Part shown: positions 51,845 to 64,000 of the stretch, piece by piece
How positions within the stretch are numbered: the first letter of the stretch is position 1
Layout: each line of letters opens with the position of its first letter
Assembly: GCA_964016885.1 (NCBI GenBank)
Contig: OZ024746.1
Span: 82,708,001-82,772,000, forward strand
DNA: 64,000 nt
Direction of reading: 5' to 3'
DNA from: Eledone cirrhosa
Lineage: Eukaryota
Translations under genes and position numbers: made by a program
The notes under the pieces: generated by a model
What the model was told of the DNA's origin: nothing
Seen by the model: only the letters and a program-made list of their open reading frames with translations
Databases searched by the model: none

Positions 51845-53210
51845 TTTGACTGGTAGCCGAACGCATCAGGTTACCGCTAGAGGTGTCACAGCATGTAGCA
51901 TTTCAGACGGGGAGGCCTACTCCTGCGGAACAAAAGGTTTATCATGCCGTCTAGCCTTTTGCCGTCCACTCGTCCAGCCCCGCTGGCTCGAACTGGGAAG
52001 AGAAGACTGCACCGTCCGGGTCATGCTTCCACTCGTCCAGCCCCGCTGGCTCGAGCTGGGAAGAGAAGACTGCACCGTCCGGGTCATGCTTCCACTCGTC
52101 CAGCCCCGCTGGCTCGAACTGGGAAGAGAAGACTGCACCGTCCGGGTCATGCTTCCACTCGTCCAGCCCCGCTGGCTCGAGCTGGGAAGAGAAGACTGCA
52201 CCGTCCGGGTCATGCTTCCACTCGTCCAGCCCCGCTGGCTCGAGCTGGGAAGAGAAGACTGCACTGTCCGGGTCATGCTTCCACTCGTCCAGCCCCGCTG
52301 GCTCGAGCTGGGAAGAGAAGACTGCACTGTCCGGGTCATGCTTCCACTCGTCCAGCCCCGCTGGCTCGAGCTGGGAAGAGAAGACTGCACCGTCCGGGTC
52401 ATGCTTCCACTCGTCCAGCCCCGCTGGCTCGAACTGGGAAGAGAAGACTGCACTGTCCGGGTCATGCTTCCACTCGTCCAGCCCCGCTGGCTCGAACTGG
52501 GAAGAGAAGACTGCACTGTCCGGGTCATGCTTCCACTCGTCCAGCCCCGCTGGCTCGAACTGGGAAGAGAAGACTGCACTGTCCGGGTCATGCTTCCACT
52601 CGTCCAGCCCCGCTGGCTCGAACTGGGAAGAGAAGACTGCACTGTCCGGGTCATGCTTCCACTCGTCCAGCCCCGCTGGCTCGAACTGGGAAGAGAAGAC
52701 TGCACTGTCCGGGTCATGCTTCCACTCGTCCAGCCCCGCTGGCTCGAACTGGGAAGAGAAGACTGCACTGTCCGGGTCATGCTTCCACTCGTCCAGCCCC
52801 GCTGGCTCGAACTGGGAAGAGAAGACTGCACCGTCCGGGTCATGCTTCCACTCGTCCAGCCCCGCTGGCTCGAGCTGGGAAGAGAAGACTGCACTGTCCG
52901 GGTCATGCTTCCACTCGTCCAGCCCCGCTGGCTCGAGCTGGGAAGAGAAGACTGCACTGTCCGGGTCATGCTTTATGATCTCGTTGCGAGCAGCATTATG
53001 TGGTAGGTAGCCAGCACTGTAGCAGTACGTCAGTGGGTGAGGACTGAAAGTATTAACAGTGGTACCGCAGCGGTATTTGTGAGGCTCACAGACCCAGAGA
53101 TATATCGCAGTCGAGATATAAGAAGCAAAATTGACTTCTGTTTGGCGGCTCAATTTTGATCTCAATTTAAGCAAAAGCCAGTTTTCCCTCCTAGCTCGGC
53201 TCAGACTGCG
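51845..53210 (-). pseudogene. Decayed RLE-type (CRE-like) non-LTR retrotransposon C-terminus: zinc knuckle plus PD-(D/E)xK endonuclease
   Basis: Minus translation VCEPHKYRCG..HPLTYCYSAG..NEIIK..SQLEPAGLD, then after a frameshift DGKRLDGM..*NATCCDT; matches the recalled CEPHxCxCG..H.LSC..SAG..LEPxGL..DGKRPDG..WDATCxDT pattern. Confidence 0.75.
51965..52972. repeat. 63-bp GC-rich tandem array, 16 copies
   Basis: Unit tccactcgtccagccccgctggctcga(a/g)ctgggaagagaagactgcac(c/t)gtccgggtcatgct. Confidence 0.97.
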
Positions 53211-53261
53211 ATATATATGTATATTTGTTATGTTCATTTTTCACATTAGCATAGGGACTCA

Positions 53262-53445
53262 CATTTTGGGGACGGTGTGGTCGATAAAATCGACCTCAGT
53301 AAATTACTGGTACTTTACTTTATCGAACTTGAAAGTATGAAAAAGTTCATCTCGACATGATTTAATCTCAGAACGTGAAAGAACGTAATTGAACACTGCA
53401 AGGTATTTTTGTCCGTCACTCTACTGATTGTACCAATCTACAGCC
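53262..53445 (-). mobile_element. Old major-family SINE
   Basis: gtcgataaaatcgacctcagt...actggtactttactttatcga. Confidence 0.7.
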
Positions 53446-53891
53446 CTACGTATGTGTGTATGTGTGTGGGAGTATGTATGTGTGCATGTGTGTTTGCGTG
53501 TATGCATGTGTGTATATGTGTGTGTGAGTATGTCTGTGTGAATATATGTGTTTGTTTATATGTAATACACTTGTGTCATTTAAAATCGTTCACCCCTCCT
53601 ATACTGAATTTATTGTTATTTAGCCCTGTAGCCATCTTTCTTATTGTTATTGTTGTTGTTTGTGGTATTTCTATTGTTATTGTTATGATTGCTATATTGC
53701 TAGTGTTGTTTTCATTGTTGTTTTTTTAAATTATTCCTGTTGTTGTTGTAGTGGTTGATCATCAAAGTTGGATATGTGCCCCAGTCATTGGAAAATGGCC
53801 AACTTCCCAACCCTCCGCCTCGTTTGACTGATGACTGAAACCTATATATTCAGAGGAGAGAGAAGGGGAGATTGAGGAAGAATGAGGAAGC

Positions 53892-53996
<105 letters not shown>

Positions 53997-54082
53997 AAGA
54001 AAGTTATCCAATGCAAAAAATATGAGTAAATATAAAATAGTAATAATGATGATGATGATGATAGCAACAACAACAATAATAA

Positions 54083-54290
54083 TAATGATGATTTCTAACA
54101 TAGGCACAAAGTCAGCAATTTAAGGGGCGGGGAAAGTCGAATACATCGACCCCAGTACTTAACTGGTACTTTATTTTATCGACCTCGGAAGGATGAAAGG
54201 TAAAGTTGATCTCGGTACTCAGAACATAGAAAGTCACAACTAAATACTGCAAAGCCATTTGTCCGACGCTCTAACGACTTTAATCCACCT
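54083..54290 (-). mobile_element. Major SINE, long variant, diverged
   Basis: taggcacaaagtcagcaatt...agtcgaatacatcgaccccagtact...ggatgaaagg. Confidence 0.8.
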
Positions 54291-54559
54291 CCAAGCTAAA
54301 CCTAGCTGCAAAGACAATTACAAACAACCATCATTCATATAGATAATTAAATACATTAAAATCTAGTGATGTTAGAGAAAATATGTTGGGATAAATGAGA
54401 CAAAGTTGTATGAAAATGAAATGGTAATTTAGTTGAGTTATACAAACAAGACATTTATAAAAATTGTGTAAAAATAATGGATCTATAAATAACGACGAAG
54501 ACAATAAACAAAACAAGATCTTATTTTAAAAGTATATATAGATATTATATTTAGGTTTA

Positions 54560-55360
54560 CCACCCACACACGATTGAGATCCGGGGTTTGAGTCATCTTT
54601 GTCTCTGGCTATCTGACATGGCTCCGATTGGAACTTTGTTCATCCCAAAAGTTCCGATTAACACTGCTTCCATGGGACGAGACAAAAGGCACCCACATCC
54701 ACCTGATATGATGAGCTTCTGGAGAAATGTTCGCCGAATGTCTCTAAATTGGGTGTTTCATATATTGTGACCCTAATTCCTCTTCACCAATTAATATTTC
54801 GTCTTCTCTTGAGAACCATTTATATATCAAACGACTGTGAAATTATTTTGTTGCTGACATCCCCGATAGTTCCGTAGTTTTTGCTTCAGTCGAAAGGTAT
54901 GGCTGTTCCACGTATCACCCAGGGCTTTTCTCAATTGTTGCCTTAGTTGTACAGTATACTAAAATTCTGATCTATTTTTAGCGAGTCATAGTTACATTAA
55001 TTCTCCTTTTCCGGACCCGAACCTATTCTTCGAGTAAGGAGAGTGAGTTTGGTGATTTAGTGTTGCAATTGATCCTTCAGAGCTTGTGTCTTGTCCCCAT
55101 TTAAAATTCTATATTGGACATAAAATTGGGAGAACTGCTTTCACTTGCAATTCAGTAAAATAAAGAATGTGCTTGTCAGAATGGTACTGTTGTTTTTAAT
55201 TGTGTTGTCATTGTCATGCGAAGCATTAAAGTCACTTTCAGGGATCAAAATGTCCTTTCAGCTGTTTAATACCTTCGTCATTCTTTTACACGTGTTCCAT
55301 TCTTTAGAAACACTAGTCGACTAATGAGGTCAGCCAGTCGTTCGCCTTCGTCCATCTAAC
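54560..55360 (-). pseudogene. Possible highly decayed LINE endonuclease fragment
   Basis: Minus translation near 55210-55260 DILIPESDFNASH resembles the APE motif GDFNA-H; boundaries uncertain. Confidence 0.3.
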
Positions 55361-55497
55361 ATTTGGATGACCGCTACTTTCCTCTTTATTCGGGGAAACC
55401 TTACTTAAGAACTAGACTGTACTATATTATTGAGTGTTTCTTTTCATTTTCACGCAAACCTATATATATATATACATATATATATAAAATGCGTTTG

Positions 55498-55534
<37 letters not shown>

Positions 55535-55543
55535 TGCTTTGGG

Positions 55544-55592
<49 letters not shown>

Positions 55593-55602
55593 ATGCTTTG
55601 GG

Positions 55603-55699
<97 letters not shown>

Positions 55700-56101
55700 G
55701 TATAACATTTATCTACCATTCGCTAGAGTCTTAACCGTTCTCTTTCTCCACCCCACACTCTCATTCTTCCCCTGTATGATATTATGATAAGCTATCTATT
55801 TATTTTCATGTCTTTTCTTCGTATGTTAATGTAATTTCTCCTTTCTTTCTGAGTTCTATCCCTGTTAGCTTTATTCACCACCTCGACTTCCCCCTCTCAG
55901 TGATTTTTTTTCGTTACTCCCGTCGAACACAAGAAAATAATGATTTATAAACTAGCCATGATTAAAAAGAGAGACATGAAATATGTATATATGAGTGCAT
56001 ACACATGCCCATTCATATCCACACACACATATCTATATAGACATACTCATACACACACACATATACGCACACAATCTCTTTCACTCTCTTGCCTTTTTTC
56101 T

Positions 56102-56138
<37 letters not shown>

Positions 56139-56309
56139 CATTCAGTCATTCGCACTGCTCGTATATTTTTTAGCTCACATATGCATATATGTATATAGAA
56201 ATACATGAACACACACATACGCTGTTTTACCTACATACACAGATACAAGCTTTTTGGCTAACCAAATGAAACACACAAACATACACACACACCCACATAC
56301 ATGCCCACC

Positions 56310-56373
<64 letters not shown>

Positions 56374-56375
<2 letters not shown>

Positions 56376-56507
56376 CGACGGATAGAATGCTTTGTGGTAT
56401 TTGCTCCGGCTTTTTGCCGAGGTTTTCTTTGTCTTTCATCCCTTCGCAGTTGATAAATAAAATACCAGCCTAGTATTGGAGTTGATTCTTCTTCATCTGT
56501 CTCTTTT
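56374..56507 (+). mobile_element. Internally deleted SINE derivative
   Basis: Close copy of 46728-46860. Confidence 0.75.
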
Positions 56508-56919
56508 CAACCCATTCTTCCCCCCTCTTTCTGAAAGATATCGACTATTAGACCGAGAGGATTGGGTTCCACCAGACTTCGATGTTTAAGACACGCAATA
56601 AATAACGATGATGCCCTATTTCTCCCCTCAATCGTTTCCTTCCCTTTTCCCCCTGGTTCTCTGTAACCATCACATTTTTTACACAACGCTGCCTCCATCC
56701 CCGGTCAGATGCTCTCCTATTTCCGATTGACCGTTCAATCTCGGTCTCATCCCTGCCCACGCTCCTGTTTGACCCCTCTGTTAGGGCGTCTGATTAATTG
56801 TCTTGGTATTTGTTCCAGATCAATGTATCCTGAGTTCAAATCGCAGTGAAGTCAAATTTGTTTTAAAACTTTTTTCAAGGTCGATAAATAAAGTGTCTGT
56901 CTAATTCTGTGGTCAATTC

Positions 56920-57019
<100 letters not shown>

Positions 57020-57334
57020 TCTCTCTCTCAGAAACTACTATATTTAATTCAATACATTAAGAATATGTGAGGCAAGTGCCTAGTTTAAATGAAATTTTGA
57101 TACTAAGCAAAAGAAAAAAAAAAACAAAAAAACTGTTCTTACGTTTCTTATATTTTAAAGAATGGATGTAGTACGATATTCGATCTCCGATAAATTGCAG
57201 AGTTGGAGAAGAACTCAACATTAGTGCTATAAAGAATAGAGTTTAAAATTGAATAAAGAGTAATCATTTTAACAAGAGTAATAAAAACACAAATGAAATA
57301 TTTAGAAGTGAATATATAGAGAATGTTATTCTAA

Positions 57335-57445
57335 TATAATTGCTTCTAAGTTTGGTACAAAGCCAGCAATTTTGGAGAATGGAAAGTCGATTATATCGAC
57401 CCCAGTACTAGACTGGTATTTTATTTTATCAATCCTAGATAAAGG
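57335..57445 (-). mobile_element. Major SINE tail fragment
   Basis: ggtacaaagccagcaatt...agtcgattatatcgaccccagtac. Confidence 0.7.
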
Positions 57446-59289
57446 ATAAATAAAATTGGCTCCACTTATTGCATAGGTAAAGTAGGCTTCACTTTTCATA
57501 CATTCGAGATCAATAAAAAAAGTACCAGTCCAGTACTGGGGGCAATTCTTCCTCTACATCTCTTTCCCACTTCCTTTCTCTCTCACATATTTTTTCTCTT
57601 CTCAGGAAGAAACTATCAGTGTGAAGACCTGGGGATGAATAAGAAACACATGTCACTACGGCGTTCCTACGACTCAGTTAGGTATTATGATTCCATATAT
57701 TCATGCAAAGAAATGCTATCAGTATACATTTATGATAATTTAAATAAAAACAAAGAAACGCAAACTAAATCTCTGCAATTTCTCTAACACACTCTTCTAC
57801 TATTCTGCATATCTGACCTTAAATGTTTAAAAAAATTATATTTTAATTTGGAAACTCTTTTATATTAATTCTAAAGATTTCTGACATTCTGGAATTTGAG
57901 ATATCGTTAACATCAGTTAACGACTTAATATCCTTAATATTAACGGATAAATATCATAATAGAACAACAAACGTTTCGCGTGACACTCCAAACAAACAAA
58001 CAAGCATAGTTTATAAGTAAATAAAATAAAATAAAATAAAATAAAATAAAATAAAATAAAATATCTGACAGACCATTCAACTGTTCATAAACTTCAACAG
58101 TAGTGTCGAAATTAGATGCGAAAATCAATTCTATTTAGTGACACGAAAACTACAGCATACTAATATCTTACTCAACTGTCATTTGCAACGCATTTATCAT
58201 ATTTAAGCTTCCATATTAACCGAAAAACGCCTGAATATTAGTTCTTTGTTTAACAACAGGGTTTGAGAGCACATCAAACTATCTCCTCTTTTTTCTTTAC
58301 GCTCTCCTCTTTCCCGTCTTCTTTCTCTTCCTATTTACGTTTACAAGCATAGAGAAAAGCAATCAGCACCATTTTTACGTATAAAATGTTCATTTTAGTT
58401 GCAGTGATGTTATATAGTGTCTAAGGATCGATATGCCAGGACCATCAAGATCATTGGCAAGCTCTTGTTACATATACAATCCGACTATAACTGATTCCAC
58501 TTTACAGAAGAGCTCGGATCATTTCTCATCTTATATTCGCCATAAATTAAACCGTGTAAACGAAGGATGTTCTTGGCTGGTGTTGTTATTATGGTCAGTG
58601 AGCAATTCATATCTTCCTTTGACTGATAAATTCTTGATAGATGGAAAGAAGATGAAATTCATACATATTGACAGATGGATTTCGTATACCGTTTAATGGA
58701 TAAATCTAGACGAGAAGATAGAAAAATATATCCATCTTCAATGACAGATATGATTACAGAGCAATGCTGTTGTATACTAGTTTATAAGTGAGTTTATGAG
58801 AGTGTGGTTGTTCCTGATTAAAAGTGTATTTGTGAGTTTGGAGTTATATATGTGTGAAATTCGCCGAGTGACGTGTGGCTGTTTGTGATCGGTGACGAAG
58901 TAACTCCATTAGCATTCATTTGGCTGTGCCGACTTTTGGATAGTTCTTTACACATAATATTTACGCGATATTTATCAAATTGTCTGTCTGTTGGATATGT
59001 TTCGATTTCTTCTCATTGCTTACATACACAAAGAGACATATATACACATTGGTGAGTGAATAAGCAATAGCAAGCACGCAAACGTGTTCGTATTGAAACA
59101 ATGTGTAAGGAGAAGGGGAATAAGACGACTTGTGCCATCATTAAACATGGCTGAGGAAACTTTAAACGCATATTTTAACTCACCTACTTCATTTTTCATC
59201 ACTCATTCAGTCACTTACTCACTTCTTTCTCTGCATACACATCCACACATTACATACACATGCATATGCATACTTAGACTAACATATTC

Positions 59290-61520
<2,231 letters not shown>

Positions 61521-61876
61521 CACATAATATTTACATGTAGGGATGGATGGATGACTAAACTATTTATGTAATCTATCTATGAATTCATACGTCTTATATT
61601 GTATTTATATATTTATATTTTCTATATTTATATTTATATATTTATATTTTCTATTGCTCTGTTGCTCACAGGTTATTTCGCAACAAGTTTATTCCAGAAT
61701 ATATGAACCATTGTATACAATAAATACATACCTGTAGCTGATACTGCATGAATGTATATATATAAATTGAATATGTAAGCATGTTAATTTATATATTTTC
61801 CCCGCGGATTAAAATATGAATGTATATACACGACAGATATAGTATTAAAATAAAGCAGCGATTTGATAAAAAAAAA

Positions 61877-62250
61877 AAAAAAAAGCTGCGAAAAGGGATA
61901 TACATTTTTATACATCCACTGTGAAGTTTGAATTTTCGAACTTACGAAGCGCTGAGGAAATATTTGTAGGATGCTCAAGCAAAGAAAATAACTGCAATTA
62001 CAGCCAGTTGCTATAAAATAGCTTATAAAAAGACTCTTTAAAACAGAAAAATGCCAACATTTTCCTGTCTCTAAAGGCCTTTACTCGATTTTTATAAGCT
62101 ATTTTATAGCAGCTGTTTCTAATTGCAGTTATATTCTGTGCTTCAGCATCCTACATCTTATAAATATATTTCCTCAGCGCTTCGTAAGTTCGAAAATTCA
62201 AGCTTCACACTCGATGTATGAACATGTATATTCCTTTTCTCAGCTTTTTT
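61877..62250. mobile_element. Long foldback/MITE-like hairpin
   Basis: e.g. ttgaattttcgaacttacgaagcgctgaggaaatat / atatttcctcagcgcttcgtaagttcgaaaattcaa and tgctataaaatagcttataaaaa / tttttataagctattttatagca. Confidence 0.75.
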
Positions 62251-62444
62251 GGTTTTCTTGCAGTTATTTTCTGTGCTTGAGCATCTTACATCTTCTTATA
62301 AATACATTTTCATATATGCTTATTCCATTCATGAACAGTTACGAAGAAAGGGCGAAAGGAAAACTTTGTACAAAGATTCAGCAGATAACATTGACTCGCG
62401 TGTGTGTGTTTGTGTATTTTGTTTCTCCTTGTGTGTGTGTCGAG

Positions 62445-62580
62445 TGGTCGACAACTAAGCCGGGTCCCCATCAGACCCTTGTCTTGTGAGGAGGGTAAGT
62501 GGAACTCCAGCAGCACAAAAAACAAAACAAGAGCTGTTAAAAGGACAGATGAACTCCTCAGAGTCAATGGCTACCCAACC
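62445..62580 (+). mobile_element. 5' fragment related to 8710-8830
   Basis: Shared gtgaggagggt...aaaaacaaaac...agagtcaatggc. Confidence 0.55.
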
Positions 62581-63648
62581 CAACTATGGGTTAAATAGCA
62601 ACACCAACCAGCAATTGGCCAAGCTTGGGGAGTACGGCTACAGCCCTGACATGACCAATGAGTGCAGTGGAGGTCCACTAGTGAGGGGTTCCCACAACAG
62701 GAGTGAGAAGGCCCTAGATTGGATTGGATGTTGTGTGTGTGCCCTTTCCAGCATTCGTTAATTCTCTCACTATTTACCTGCCGTCCCGGTCAGTACACAT
62801 ACTCTCACTTCAACCCATATATTAATTTTCTCTCTATACATCTCTTACCCTCTCTACTTCCTCTCTCCAAGTTATTAAGCGTGACGAGAACAATCAATAT
62901 TGGGCATATATTAGAGATAATTTAAGATCTTCCAGAGAAGATTTTCTTTTATTTTGCGGTATACAGTTGTGGGTTAGAACCATGCTGATGTCATTTACCG
63001 TACGGTTTCGATTTTGACTTTAAAGTTATCAATTTTCCTTGAAGAGAGAGAAGTGTAGAATCTCCGTACATTTTAGTCAAAATTTTCAGGAGATACAGTT
63101 AGTATGTAAAACATATTGCTCCTGCTATCGATTAATGAGTAGTGGGATTCAAGTAAGTTTCTCAGATCTCTGTTAAAAAAAACCCAAGCGCATTGATGGG
63201 TATAGTTTTAAATACGGACAGGTCAATAATTATTGCACAAAACTGTCAAATCTGTAATAAAATATATAGTTATGTTTTTCTCCAAAATACATTTATAAAA
63301 ACCTCCTGACAGCAGACCTCAATAACTACATTTATATTTTTCTCGTAGCTACATATGTAAAGCATTCTCTTGTCTGAACCTCAGTGTTTACTCCCCAGCT
63401 ACATTTCCAAGCGCCATTAAAAAGAAAACGTAAATCATATATACATTACACGTAAATTACTCATCATCATTGATGTCCTCCTCTGAGGTTTTCACTTTTA
63501 ACTTCTTGTTCCAGTAATGCACAATGTAACAATTTAAATAGAGTTTTATGTACAAGGCATATAAAGAACACTGCCAACAAATTGAAAGTCTTTAAAACTA
63601 GAAATCTCCAACAAATATAATTTCTCCGAAACTGTTGTTCAAAATAAT

Positions 63649-63831
63649 TGTTTCTACTTTTGGCACAAGGCCAGCAAATACCCAGTACATTACTGGTACT
63701 TTATTTTATCGACTCCGTAAGGATGAAAGGCAAAGTTAACCTCAAGGGGATTTGAACTCAGACCGTAAAGGGATGTAACTATGCTAGAAAGCATGGCGTC
63801 CAACCCTCTACCGATACTGCCAATTCACCGC
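63649..63831 (-). mobile_element. Major SINE, short variant, perfect 17-bp TSD
   Basis: ctgttgttcaaaataat at 63632-63648 and 63832-63848. Confidence 0.95.
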
Positions 63832-64000
63832 CTGTTGTTCAAAATAATGTTATATACAATATAACAACTGGAAGTAGTCTTTGGTTGTGTATCTCTCAGA
63901 ATCTCATAATCAACACCACTGAACTATAAAAATTCAAATTGATTATTAAGATATTTACTCCACTCTCTGTCTCTATTGGGTGTGTCTGGAAAAACTATGA

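Noticed and set aside
53822-53855. ctgatga-ct-gaaa hammerhead-like string
   Set aside because: Only 2 nt for stem II and no stem III pairing

Overview
AT-rich, repeat-saturated animal genomic DNA. The dominant tRNA-head SINE resembles octopus/coleoid cephalopod SINEs as I recall them (inference). No intact protein-coding gene is supportable: the long ORFs in the track are read-throughs of micro- or minisatellites. Content: about 25 SINE copies or fragments, hAT-type and other foldback elements, decayed LINE fragments (including a CRE-type RLE endonuclease remnant split by a 63-bp array), many microsatellites and several minisatellites (33, 37, 41, 63 and 83 bp units). The standout is 21204-27537, about 20 apparently identical 311-bp units. 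Each carries a minimal type I hammerhead ribozyme (agtc-CTGATGA-attct-aaca-agaat-GAAA-cgc-GTA-gact). Four units face left and 16 face right, so both 3' ends point outward into (TA)n. This is a retrozyme/Penelope-like architecture predicting self-cleaved, possibly circular, 311-nt RNAs. Several other hammerhead-bearing families lie nearby (13.3, 18.3, 28.6-29.3, 39.4 kb, plus decayed ones), all close to (TA)n and some with the same outward-facing foldback layout. Coordinates of decayed repeats are approximate; everything was read by eye.
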